Source of the DNA: a candidate division WOR-3 bacterium
GTDB lineage: Bacteria; Hydrothermota; Tepidihabitantia; Tepidihabitantales; JAOUPE01
NCBI GenBank assembly: GCA_039801565.1
Contig: JBDRUX010000022.1
Coordinates: forward strand, 1-27,561
Length of the DNA: 27,561 nucleotides
Direction of reading: 5' to 3'
The position numbers and the translations under genes were made by a program. Position 1 is the stretch's first letter, and the number at the start of each line of letters is the position of its first letter. The notes beneath the pieces were generated by a model. It searched no databases. It was not told the DNA's origin and saw nothing but the letters and a program-made list of their open reading frames with translations. Below, one piece after another: positions 1 to 11,916 of the stretch.

Positions 1-500
1 GTATCGTAATGCAAAAAGAAACGATTATAACTATCCGTCAATGCCTCTAAATATTCAATGCTAATTTCCCGCTCAAATGGTCTCCCCCGTTTTCGAATCC
101 TTTCTAAAACTGTCTCGAGTCGAGCTTGCAGGTAGACGACTAAATCTGGTTTTCTAACATCTTTAGCTAAAAATTGGTACAGTTTTTCGTATAAGACGAG
201 TTCATGCTCGGTAAGGTTCAAATAAGCGAAAATCCGGTCCTTCTCGAAGAGATAATCGCTAACAATTCGGTCAATAAAGAGATTGCGTTGGAGCAAATGC
301 TGTTGCTGTTTATGCCGAGAGAGTAAAAAGAAAATTTGGGTCTGAAAACTATACCCTCGCATATCCTTATAGAAATTAGCCAAAAACGGATTCTCTTCAA
401 CCTCTTCTAAGACACATTCGGCATTAAGTCGCTGCGCCAAGATTTTTGCCAGTTCGGTCTTGCCAACCCCAATCACACCCTCAATCGCAATATACCTCAA
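1..500 (-). CDS. Deoxynucleoside kinase (dAK/dCK/dGK family), 3' end runs off the window
   Basis: Manual translation LRYIAIEGVIGVGKTELA...EENPFLANFY...QIFFLLSR...DRIFA...KPDLVVYLQA...RIRKRGRPFE gives the P-loop and dNK motifs. TTG start at 500 overlaps the folK stop; TTG at 506 is an alternative. Absent from the ORF track because it is partial. Confidence 0.9.
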   Translation of the reverse strand, partial: MRYIAIEGVIGVGKTELAKILAQRLNAECVLEEVEENPFLANFYKDMRGYSFQTQIFFLLSRHKQQQHLLQRNLFIDRIVSDYLFEKDRIFAYLNLTEHELVLYEKLYQFLAKDVRKPDLVVYLQARLETVLERIRKRGRPFEREISIEYLEALTDSYNRFFLHYD

Positions 501-994
501 CTCCAAAGCCTAACCCCCTTGGTATTGACCGACTGTAAAAGCTCTGCAACGGTTTTATTTAACACTGGGTGCCGATAATTCGGTAAAATTTCTGCCAGTG
601 GCACTAAAACAAATGCCCGCTGGTGCATTCGGGGATGCGGAATTATTAAATCATCTTGATTAATCACTAACTGGTCATAAAAGATAATATCCAAATCAAT
701 CGTTCTGGGTCCATTCCTTACGGTTCGCTTCCGACCCAAATCATTTTCAATTTGCTTAATTAACTTTAAACAAGCTCGGGGACTAAAATCAGTTATAACG
801 CCCAATGCTATATTCAGAAATTTTGGCTGGTCGGTTAACCCTTCGGGTTCGGTTTCATAGATACTCGACTTATATTCTAACTTCATTTTCGCTTGAATAA
901 GACGGTCAATTGCTTTATTCAGATTGAGTTCACGGGTATCTTTCGAATTATCAGAACTAAGGTTTGAGCCTAAACTAAGAACTAAAAAAGCCAT
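497..994 (-). CDS. folK: 2-amino-4-hydroxy-6-hydroxymethyldihydropteridine diphosphokinase
   Basis: SLGSNL, SSIYETEP, FLN, GPRTIDLDII and IPHPRMHQRAFVLVPLAEI motifs. Confidence 0.96.
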   Translation of the reverse strand: MAFLVLSLGSNLSSDNSKDTRELNLNKAIDRLIQAKMKLEYKSSIYETEPEGLTDQPKFLNIALGVITDFSPRACLKLIKQIENDLGRKRTVRNGPRTIDLDIIFYDQLVINQDDLIIPHPRMHQRAFVLVPLAEILPNYRHPVLNKTVAELLQSVNTKGVRLWS

Positions 995-1000
995 TGCTTA

Positions 1001-1028
1001 AGGTTATTAAATCTAAAAAAAAAGTCAA
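1001..1028 (-). promoter_or_regulatory. Probable sigma70 promoter of folK, leaderless geometry
   Basis: TTGACT(1028-1023)-16 bp-TAACCT(1006-1001), ATG 6 nt further on, no Shine-Dalgarno. Confidence 0.5.
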
Positions 1029-1082
1029 TCCCCGAAAATGGATAGCTCAACCTTAAGCAATTCTTTGGCAGTATGTAAACGG

Positions 1083-1295
1083 TTATTCTTTAGCTCTTTC
1101 GACCGAAGTTGCTTTTTTCCCTTTGGGCGAATCGGTCAACTCAAATTTAACCCGCTCACCTTCTTTTAAAGTCCGATAACCTTGACCAACAATATCCGTA
1201 AAATGAACAAAAACATCGCCACTACCATCTTCTCGTTCAATGAAACCATAGCCCTTCTTACCATCAAACCATTTAACTTTACCATAATAAGGCAT
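1083..1295 (-). CDS. Cold-shock protein (CspA family)
   Basis: [15 protein letters not shown] (RNP1) and DVFVHF (RNP2); SD-like AAAGGTGGT upstream. Confidence 0.96.
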   Translation of the reverse strand: MPYYGKVKWFDGKKGYGFIEREDGSGDVFVHFTDIVGQGYRTLKEGERVKFELTDSPKGKKATSVERAKE

Positions 1296-1473
1296 TTTTC
1301 TAATACCACCTTTCTAAGCCTACAAACTATCCTTTATCCTAAGTTTTCAAGTATCGAAAACCGAATTGTTATCGGATTCCAATCATTGAAAACTAATACG
1401 ATAACGGACAAGGCTAAGATTATATTAGTCAACTTTTCGGATAATGTCAAGCACCTTTAATTCTCTACTCACC

Positions 1474-1502
1474 TTGACATTTCAAATTCTCCGACTTATA
1501 AT
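1474..1502 (+). promoter_or_regulatory. Consensus sigma70 promoter for the nnr operon
   Basis: TTGACA(1474-1479)-17 bp-TATAAT(1497-1502), 16 nt before ATG 1519. Confidence 0.8.
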
Positions 1503-1518
1503 CAATTGGAAGTCCAAA

Positions 1519-3066
1519 ATGCGTTTAGTCACTGGTGACGAAATGAAAAAGATTGACCTGATGGCAGAAAAAAATTACGCCATCCCCAGTATTATTCTAA
1601 TGGAGAATGCCGGAATTGGGGTCTGTAATGTATTAGAAGATTATTTCCCCTCCCTGTTCGACTTAAAGGTTTTAATAGTCTGCGGTAAAGGCAATAACGG
1701 TGGTGATGGCTTTGTTATCGCCCGCCATCTAATCAATCGCGGGGCAAAGGTCAGGGTCACTTTACTCGGTAATCCAGATGAACTGAAAGGCGATGCTAAA
1801 ACTAACTTTCAAATCCTTGTAGCTGGTTTTCTAAAACCTAAGCCGATAGCAAATATTGCTACCCTTAAAAAAGTTGCTACCAATTTTAACCCGAATATAA
1901 TCATTGATGCCATCTTTGGCACTGGGTTTGCCGGCACTCCGGATGGACTCTATGCCCAAGCAATAAGGTTAATTAACCAACAGAAAGCTTTCAAAATCGC
2001 TGTAGACGTTCCATCCGGGGTAAACGCTTCAGACGGTTCGGTACCCGGTGTGGCAATAAAAGCCGATGCTACAGTCACAATGGGCTTTTTAAAACGAGGC
2101 CATATCCTCTTTCCGGGTCGAACCTATTGCGGCGACATTTGGGTTGCCGATATCGGGATTCCAGTCAATAAGATTACCACTTCTGGCGATACCTTTTTGA
2201 TTAATTCAGAACTGGTTAAAAACATTTTACCGAAGCGGTTAGCCGAAGGACATAAAGGAACCTTTGGCACTGCTTTGATTTTGGCTGGGTCGCGTGGTTT
2301 TAGCGGCGCGGCTTGTCTTACCAGTCTTGCCACTTTGCGCAGCGGTGCTGGTTTGGTTAAACTCGGTGTACCAGAAGCGATAATTCAGATTATCGAAAAG
2401 AAAGTGACCGAGGCGGTAAAATTCGCCTTGCCCCAAACCGAAGCAAAGACCTTTGCCTTAGCCGGCTTAGAAAAAATCTTACAACTCGCCAGTACTGCTG
2501 ATGTCTTGGCAATTGGACCAGGTATCACCACCAACTCCGAAACTAAACAACTTGAGATAGAAATTTTAAAGCACCTAAAGATTCCAGTAGTGATTGACGC
2601 TGATGGTATAAATAACCTTTCTCCTGACCAATTAAAAAGTATCAAAGCGCCCAAGGTCTTGACTCCCCATCCCGGTGAACTATCCCGATTGATTGGCCTC
2701 ACTCCGACTAAAATCAATGAACAAAGAATCGAAATCTGTCGTCAATACGCTAAAGAGTTCGATTCGGTTTTAGTCCTGAAAGGTGCACCAACGGTAATCA
2801 GTGACCAAAAGGGTATTGTCTATGTGAACCCCACCGGTAATAATGGGCTTGGTTCCGGTGGCACCGGTGATGTGTTAACTGGTATCATTACTGGATTAAT
2901 TGCGCAAGGAAGTTCCTTGCTAAATTCGGCAATTGCTGGGGTCTATCTTCACGGCTTAGCAGCGGATTTAGCGGTTGAGAGAAAAACTGAATATGGTCTG
3001 GTAGCGAGCGATTTACTCCAATATCTACCCCAAGCATTCAAAGCGATTAGCCAAACAAAGGAATGA
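1519..3066 (+). CDS. nnr: Bifunctional NAD(P)H-hydrate epimerase/dehydratase (YjeF N + C domains)
   Basis: LMENAG, CGKGNNGGDG, DAIFGTG, DVPSG, GHKGTFG, TPHPGEL and GGTGDVLTG motifs. Start moved to 1519 (MRLVT) because the promoter lies inside the longer ORF. Confidence 0.94.
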   Translation: MRLVTGDEMKKIDLMAEKNYAIPSIILMENAGIGVCNVLEDYFPSLFDLKVLIVCGKGNNGGDGFVIARHLINRGAKVRVTLLGNPDELKGDAKTNFQILVAGFLKPKPIANIATLKKVATNFNPNIIIDAIFGTGFAGTPDGLYAQAIRLINQQKAFKIAVDVPSGVNASDGSVPGVAIKADATVTMGFLKRGHILFPGRTYCGDIWVADIGIPVNKITTSGDTFLINSELVKNILPKRLAEGHKGTFGTALILAGSRGFSGAACLTSLATLRSGAGLVKLGVPEAIIQIIEKKVTEAVKFALPQTEAKTFALAGLEKILQLASTADVLAIGPGITTNSETKQLEIEILKHLKIPVVIDADGINNLSPDQLKSIKAPKVLTPHPGELSRLIGLTPTKINEQRIEICRQYAKEFDSVLVLKGAPTVISDQKGIVYVNPTGNNGLGSGGTGDVLTGIITGLIAQGSSLLNSAIAGVYLHGLAADLAVERKTEYGLVASDLLQYLPQAFKAISQTKE

Positions 3067-4574
3067 AATTCAAATTCGACGCAGTCGACTCTGAAACAAG
3101 TTCAGAGTTTATTTTCCTCTTTCAAGATTCCAAATTCAAAATTGTTATATTCTTTTCAATAGTTTTGTTCTATGGTTTTGGGAACGGTTATGTTTACAAT
3201 CCCCAAGATTGGTTAAATTTGCCTTGGGTTAAGACCATCCATTCAATCACTTCTGACCCGTTCAATGTCTATATCGGCACACCTGAGGCAATCTTTATCT
3301 TCAACAAATCCGAAAAAAACATTCAGAGAACTTTGACTAGTAGCGATGGCATTACCGGAACGATTCGAATTTGTGCCTTTGACCAAAAAGCCAATCTGCT
3401 CTGGATTGTGACGGATAATCGTTTAATCGGCTATAACCCTTATACTAATTTTCGGTTGGAACTCTTTCCTGAATTTGCAATTCGTTCCATCGGTATCGCT
3501 GACACCCATCTCTATTTTTTAACAGATGATAACCCCTGGCGACTGCGGAAAAAAGACCACAAGTTCCAAATGGTTAAAAAAACTGATACCAACGCCATTT
3601 GGTTTGGCGAACGAAATACTTTTCAAGTCACCAATTATCCCTTCTTGGTTCCTTACTTTTATCTTGATGAAAACTTAGTTAAACACCGGATTGGGATAGT
3701 CTTCGAAGACCGTAAGACACTTTGGGTTGGTGCTGATGAGTATGGTGTCTTGACTTATGATTTAGTCACCAAACAACTATTATCCCATTTTCGGCTCGGT
3801 TTCAATATTGGTCTAATTACCAATATCTTGCCGATAGATAATAACATTTGGTTTTTGGGTAGTGACGGTTTTGTTGAGCATAATCCTAAAACTAACCAGT
3901 GGCAACAACACCTAACGCCATTTGGTGCGATTTTTAATTCACCATCAATTTTACTTCAACCTAAGATTCTTGATTTGCGAAGGGTTCAAGGGATTAGTAG
4001 TATCGTAGCGCAACAAAATAATTACTGGATTGGCTCGGGTTCAGAGATCTATCATTATGACTCAAAATCGAATTCCCTCTCCCCTATCCTCCGTTTTTTT
4101 GCACCGATTCAAAAACTTTTCTGGTCGCAAAACCGTCTCTACTTTATCGCCGGTAATCGTCTCTATCGCTTTGAGACCAAAACAAAAAAGATTGACACAA
4201 TCTTTGACCCATATCAGAAAATTACCTTTGGCGTCTTTGATATCTATCGCACTAGGTCACACGATTATTACTCAGTATATGGTGGATTCTTATCTTTCGA
4301 CACATTGGGCAATTGGCGACTTCACATTCCACCAGGGATTGACCTTTCCTTACCTTTTACGACTCTTACTGGTTTCGGTGATTATCTTTTCTTCGGTTCG
4401 CCCAATGGCATTATCACTTATCATCGCAACACCGAACGCTATGACTATTTTACCACCAAAGAAGGTTTACTTTCTAATAATGTCACCGCGCTCTATGCTG
4501 ACTCGAATTATCTCTGGATTGCCACTGACCGCGGCATTTCCAGGTTCACTTATCGCAATGTCTTGCCAAAATGA
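3063..4574 (+). CDS. Exported beta-propeller protein (two-component-regulator propeller-like repeats)
   Basis: Hydrophobic N-terminal segment; repeats such as TSSDGI...LLWIVT, LWVGADEYGV and EGLLSNNVTALYADSNYLWIATDRGIS; ATGA overlap with nnr. Confidence 0.7.
   Translation: MKFKFDAVDSETSSEFIFLFQDSKFKIVIFFSIVLFYGFGNGYVYNPQDWLNLPWVKTIHSITSDPFNVYIGTPEAIFIFNKSEKNIQRTLTSSDGITGTIRICAFDQKANLLWIVTDNRLIGYNPYTNFRLELFPEFAIRSIGIADTHLYFLTDDNPWRLRKKDHKFQMVKKTDTNAIWFGERNTFQVTNYPFLVPYFYLDENLVKHRIGIVFEDRKTLWVGADEYGVLTYDLVTKQLLSHFRLGFNIGLITNILPIDNNIWFLGSDGFVEHNPKTNQWQQHLTPFGAIFNSPSILLQPKILDLRRVQGISSIVAQQNNYWIGSGSEIYHYDSKSNSLSPILRFFAPIQKLFWSQNRLYFIAGNRLYRFETKTKKIDTIFDPYQKITFGVFDIYRTRSHDYYSVYGGFLSFDTLGNWRLHIPPGIDLSLPFTTLTGFGDYLFFGSPNGIITYHRNTERYDYFTTKEGLLSNNVTALYADSNYLWIATDRGISRFTYRNVLPK
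3076..3108. repeat. Short palindromic (REP-like) element inside the 5' end of the propeller gene
   Basis: TCGAC-gca-GTCGA (3076-3088) adjoining ACTCTGAA-acaag-TTCAGAGT (3088-3108). Confidence 0.5.
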
Positions 4575-4588
4575 AAGAGCCAAAATCC

Positions 4589-5581
4589 TTATGGTTGGCT
4601 ATGGGATAATTTCAATTCAAAAGTTTGTAGGATGACATCAAGTTGATTTAGATTATCCAATTTGTATTTACCCGGATTAAACGCCATACCATCCAAAAAA
4701 TAGAACCGATTTTGATAATTGAAACAATAGGCAACGAATGGTCCTCCCGCTACCAAGTTTTGGTTTTGCCAGACACCTCTTATTTTTAAAGCCAAGACCG
4801 CGACCGTTTCGGCAGTGAAAAATTGGAATCGAACCGTATCGGCTTGACAAAGTTCTTTTACCACAAAGTCGCCTTCATAAAATTGTTGAGTTAGACTATC
4901 CCGTAAGGATAAGAGTAATTCTTTTAATAACGGTCGCGTTTTTTGTTCAAAGTAAACAAAAACACTTCGGTCCGGATTATGGGTGACAAGATAGATGAAT
5001 TTATCTAATTCGTATTTGTCAACCAGTCGAAAGCCATAAGGAAAATTGAAAGCCCAACCGTATTTTCCCAACAATTTTTCTTTTAACCTTCGGTTGTATC
5101 CGCGTTGGTAGGTAAGCCGGTGCATCTGAGCTAAGGCGTATTGCTGAAGTGTCAAACGAAGCCTTGCGGAAAATTTATTCAGTCCGTTCACCAAAAGGCT
5201 CTCCTTTTGGGTAACGAATATCAAAACCTTTTGATTTTTTGCCCAGGGTTCTGAGATCGCTAATAGTTTAAATGTATCCTTGTCGAGTCCTTGTAAACGT
5301 TCCCCACACAATTGTTGAATTATATCGTCGTTTGCTGTACCAACGAGCAAAATGATATGGAAACTGGCGACTGCCTTAAGCCGTGATAACGGTTCATATC
5401 TTATTAGAAATTCGGGTTCGGGTTGTGGTGTATAAATGCTATTTTGCAGAATTTTTTGGGCAGTAGAATCAATCAAATCATGATAATCCGTAACTAAAAC
5501 TACTTCTCGAATCGGTCCAATCGCGGTTGGCAATTGGGGTGAACAAGATAATATCTTAGTCAGGCAAACCGCTGCCAACAA
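4589..5581 (-). CDS. DUF4837-family lipoprotein
   Basis: Lipobox-like ILSC, TPQPEP motif, PWAKNQ, and RGVW...GGPFVAY...LDGMAFNPGKYK...QLD typical of the family; exact start uncertain. Confidence 0.75.
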   Translation of the reverse strand: MLAAVCLTKILSCSPQLPTAIGPIREVVLVTDYHDLIDSTAQKILQNSIYTPQPEPEFLIRYEPLSRLKAVASFHIILLVGTANDDIIQQLCGERLQGLDKDTFKLLAISEPWAKNQKVLIFVTQKESLLVNGLNKFSARLRLTLQQYALAQMHRLTYQRGYNRRLKEKLLGKYGWAFNFPYGFRLVDKYELDKFIYLVTHNPDRSVFVYFEQKTRPLLKELLLSLRDSLTQQFYEGDFVVKELCQADTVRFQFFTAETVAVLALKIRGVWQNQNLVAGGPFVAYCFNYQNRFYFLDGMAFNPGKYKLDNLNQLDVILQTFELKLSHSQP

Positions 5582-5598
5582 TAAAGGAATATTCGTTA

Positions 5599-7701
5599 TT
5601 ATCCGACTCTTAATAATTCCTCGCGGCCCTTGAATTTTTTTCTCAAGGTTCTTTTTATAATCTCGTTGCCGGGTGTGGTAAGATTGGGGTCATCTTTAAT
5701 TAGGGCAAATGCTTCATCCCGGGCTTTAAATAACCAATGCCGGTCTTTTTGCAAATCTGCAATCTTTAAATCCGGTAAACCGTGCTGCCGTGTCCCCAAG
5801 ATTTGACCCGGCCCTCGAATATCCAAATCCTTTTCCGCTAAAGCAAAACCATCATCATTCTCCACAAAAAATGTCAACCGCTCTCTACTCTCCGACATCA
5901 TTGCATCCGGAACAATTAATATACAATAACTTGCCTCTGGACCGCGACCAATTCGACCCCGCAGTTGATGCAGTTGAGCTAAACCAAAACGCTCGGGATG
6001 TTCAATCACCATCACTGTAGCATTGGGTATATCAACCCCGACCTCAATCACCGTGGTCGCAACTAATATGTCAATCTTTCCGGCTCGGAATTCTGTCATC
6101 ACATTGATGCGCTCAGTGGTCTTCATCCGACCATGCAAAAGGCCAACTTTAAATTCCGGAAATACCTTTGCCGCTTCTTCAAAAGTCTTAATTGCTGATG
6201 CCAAATCCAGTTTTTCTGACTCTTCAATCAATGGACAAACGATAAAGACCTGCTGTTTTTGATTTACTCGCTCGCGTAAGAATTGATAAACCTGACTCCG
6301 TTCGCTCTCAGTTGCCAATCTTGTAATGATCCGTTTTCGACCCGGGGGTTTTTCATCAAGAATTGAAACATCTAAGTCACCATAAAGCGTCAACTGAAGC
6401 GTGCGCGGAATTGGCGTTGCCGTCATCACTAAAAAATCCGGATTGACTCCTTTATTGAGCAAAGCGGCTCGTTGCATCACACCAAAGCGATGTTGCTCGT
6501 CAACTACCGCCAACCCCAACTTATTGAATTGCACACCGGCTTCAATTAAAGTATGCGTGCCAAAAACGATATCAACTTTGCCTTCAGCAATAGCTTGGGC
6601 AATCGCTTTTTTTTCTTTTACCTTAAGGCTACCCGTCAAAAGGCAGACCCGAACCCCAATTGATTGCAGTTTCTCCTGCCAGACTAAAAAATGCTGTTCA
6701 GCTAAGATTTCGGTTGGTGCCATCATCGCGGCTTGGAAACCATTTTCCACAGCAATGAGCATTGCTAAGATGGCAATCACCGTCTTACCAGACCCGACAT
6801 CGCCTTGGAGTAAACGATTCATACATTTCGGCTGTGCCAAATCCGATTTAATTTCTTCCATAACCCTTTTTTGGGCTTGAGTAAGTGAAAAAGGCAATAT
6901 TGCCAAGAGCTGATTCGTCAAATGCCCCTTTTCAACCAAAGCGTAACCTTTTTTAATCTCAGCGCTATGTAATTTTCTTAAGGCTAAAAGCAACTCAAAG
7001 AAGAATAATTCTTCAAACACTAAACGGGTTTTAGCGATTTCGGCATCAGTTAGGCTTTCCGGAAAATGTAGATTTTTCAGCGCCGTAGCCAGCGAGGGGA
7101 AATTATAGCGATTGCGTATTGTCTCGTTCAGAGTCTCCGTAATATAGGGCAAACCCAATTCGAGTGCTCTTTTTAACATCCGGCGCAATTCCCAAAGACT
7201 CAACCCTTCGGTCAAAGGATAGATGGGGATGATAGTTCCGGCATAGTCGAGACTCTCTTTAGTATCTTCAAGAATTTCATAAGCCGGATTGATTAACTGC
7301 TTACTCTGATAATAGTACACCTTACCCGAGAGAACAACCTTTTGATTCACCTTAAATTTCTTTTTCAAATCGGGCCGATTAAACCAAAGTGCTTCAATCA
7401 ATCCGGTATCGTCCCGCACCATAATTCTTACCAGGTCACCCTTCAGCCTTGTTTTTTTGAGACCAGTCGCGACAATTTTCCCCATCAGTGTTACATCTTG
7501 TCCAATCGGTAATTGTTTAATTGGTGTCAGATTGGTACGGTCAAGGTAATAGCGTGGCACCAGAAAAAGCAAATCGCCGACGGTTTCAACTCCAATTCGA
7601 TTCAAGCACGAAGCGCGCTTTGGTCCAACCCCTTTCAGATATTGAATCGGCATTGCCAAACCGGTTCGAAATTCTTTGCGGTTTATTGACTTAACTACCA
7701 A
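5599..7701 (-). CDS. recG: ATP-dependent DNA helicase RecG
   Basis: LKGVGPKR, RLLQGDVGSGKT, MAPTEILAEQH, DEQHRFGV, TATPIPRTL and QLHQLRGRIGRG. Confidence 0.98.
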   Translation of the reverse strand: MVVKSINRKEFRTGLAMPIQYLKGVGPKRASCLNRIGVETVGDLLFLVPRYYLDRTNLTPIKQLPIGQDVTLMGKIVATGLKKTRLKGDLVRIMVRDDTGLIEALWFNRPDLKKKFKVNQKVVLSGKVYYYQSKQLINPAYEILEDTKESLDYAGTIIPIYPLTEGLSLWELRRMLKRALELGLPYITETLNETIRNRYNFPSLATALKNLHFPESLTDAEIAKTRLVFEELFFFELLLALRKLHSAEIKKGYALVEKGHLTNQLLAILPFSLTQAQKRVMEEIKSDLAQPKCMNRLLQGDVGSGKTVIAILAMLIAVENGFQAAMMAPTEILAEQHFLVWQEKLQSIGVRVCLLTGSLKVKEKKAIAQAIAEGKVDIVFGTHTLIEAGVQFNKLGLAVVDEQHRFGVMQRAALLNKGVNPDFLVMTATPIPRTLQLTLYGDLDVSILDEKPPGRKRIITRLATESERSQVYQFLRERVNQKQQVFIVCPLIEESEKLDLASAIKTFEEAAKVFPEFKVGLLHGRMKTTERINVMTEFRAGKIDILVATTVIEVGVDIPNATVMVIEHPERFGLAQLHQLRGRIGRGPEASYCILIVPDAMMSESRERLTFFVENDDGFALAEKDLDIRGPGQILGTRQHGLPDLKIADLQKDRHWLFKARDEAFALIKDDPNLTTPGNEIIKRTLRKKFKGREELLRVG

Positions 7702-7703
7702 TT

Positions 7704-10480
<2,777 letters not shown>

Positions 10481-10507
10481 TTAATAAATTTTAGCTTATT
10501 GTCAAGT

Positions 10508-11272
10508 TTAAGGCAGCGGTCGGGCAAAAACGACCATACCATCAATTCGAGTAAAATTTGGTCCACTGAAGGGTCTCTTTGCCATAAGGAATATTTCATA
10601 CTTTTGTTCATGAAGTAGTCGAGTTAGAGTTTCTGGGCTAAAGTGCCAAAGATGTTCTTCGGGTAACAGGGTCCACCATTTGCTACCACTAAATTTTGCT
10701 ACCAACGATTCAATATTCGGCAGGGAAAGGGCTAATATCCCATCTTTTTTTATCAGCCGTCGGATTGCTTTCAAAAAAGGCGGTGGATCTGGAATATGCT
10801 CTAAAATATCCCAGCCGGTTATAACATCAAAGAATTGGTCAGGAAAATTGGAATCTTCAATTTCACCATTGAAAATATTAAGATTATAAACGGTCTGACA
10901 ATATTTTACTGCTGATTGCGACAACTCAACCCCAAAGACTTCCCAGCCCTTCTGTTTAGCCACCTGCAAAAAGACGCCGTAGCCACAGCCAATGTCTAAC
11001 AGTTTACCTTTGGTTTTAAAATGTCCAATTAACCTTAATCTCTTACGGGCAACGATTCGATGCCAAATTTTTGACGGATGCAATTTAAACTCACCATACA
11101 TTTTTTCAAAGTAATTCCGATCGTTGTAGAATTTTTTTCTTGCCTCGGCGGTCAATCTTAATCCAGTAAAAATTTGACCGCAACTAACACATTTAACTAT
11201 TGGGTATTTATCTTTATAAAATAATAACTCACCGGGCTTTTGGCAACGAAAACAAACAGTTTTTTCAGTCAA
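10508..11272 (-). CDS. Class I SAM-dependent methyltransferase with N-terminal CxxC...CxxC
   Basis: CFRC...CVSC, LLDIGCGYG, FDVITGWDILEHIPDP and EHLWHFS. Confidence 0.88.
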   Translation of the reverse strand: MTEKTVCFRCQKPGELLFYKDKYPIVKCVSCGQIFTGLRLTAEARKKFYNDRNYFEKMYGEFKLHPSKIWHRIVARKRLRLIGHFKTKGKLLDIGCGYGVFLQVAKQKGWEVFGVELSQSAVKYCQTVYNLNIFNGEIEDSNFPDQFFDVITGWDILEHIPDPPPFLKAIRRLIKKDGILALSLPNIESLVAKFSGSKWWTLLPEEHLWHFSPETLTRLLHEQKYEIFLMAKRPFSGPNFTRIDGMVVFARPLP

Positions 11273-11282
11273 AGTTTTCGGA

Positions 11283-11888
11283 CTATTTTGAAAATTGATT
11301 GATTAATTGCGTTAATATGAATAACTTCGCTGCTAACTCAATCCGCTCCAAACAAAAAAACGCCTCGGTAAGATTTTTATTTGCTACCACTACGCCATGT
11401 CTTGCCATAATCACCACATTGGCTTGAGTCATTTCCGTAGCAACGGCTTGGGCTAATTCTTTTGACCCCGGTGGCAGATAATCAATCATTGCAACCTTAC
11501 CAACCAATGGCTGGAACTCGGATAAATGAAATAATTGATCTTTGCTAATTTTACCAATTGGTGTCGAAGCGATGGCAGTAGCAAAAACCGGGTGCGCATG
11601 AATAATAGCATTTATTTCGGGTCGTGCTTTATAAATCATAATATGCATAAGATATTCGGAAGAAGGCTTTGGTTGCATTTGTTTAGGAATTGATTTATCA
11701 ATTACTAACCGCACAATTTCATTTTGCTTAAGTTTACCTTTGCAAAATCCAGCTGGCGTAATTAAAATTAGGCGATTGCTTAAACGGCCACTAATATTGC
11801 CATCGGTGGCGACAATTAAACCTTTCTCATAAAGTTCTCGGCCAACTTGAACAATATCCTTTCTAAGCTTAAGTTCGCGTCGGTTCAC
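11283..11888 (-). CDS. Class II aldolase/adducin family protein (FucA/MtnB-like)
   Basis: DGNISGR, ITPAG, KPSSEYLMH, IIHAHP and ARHGVV metal-binding motifs. Confidence 0.9.
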   Translation of the reverse strand: MNRRELKLRKDIVQVGRELYEKGLIVATDGNISGRLSNRLILITPAGFCKGKLKQNEIVRLVIDKSIPKQMQPKPSSEYLMHIMIYKARPEINAIIHAHPVFATAIASTPIGKISKDQLFHLSEFQPLVGKVAMIDYLPPGSKELAQAVATEMTQANVVIMARHGVVVANKNLTEAFFCLERIELAAKLFILTQLINQFSK

Positions 11889-11916
11889 TTTTATCCAAAA
11901 CGCTCAAATGTTTAAA

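Noticed and set aside
1444..1518. N-terminal extension of Nnr in the ORF track
   Set aside because: It overlaps a consensus promoter, and family homology starts at Met 1519
4030..4635. 201-aa alternative-frame ORF and other shadow ORFs antisense to recG, ligA, serS and porV
   Set aside because: They overlap well-supported genes and show no recognisable motifs
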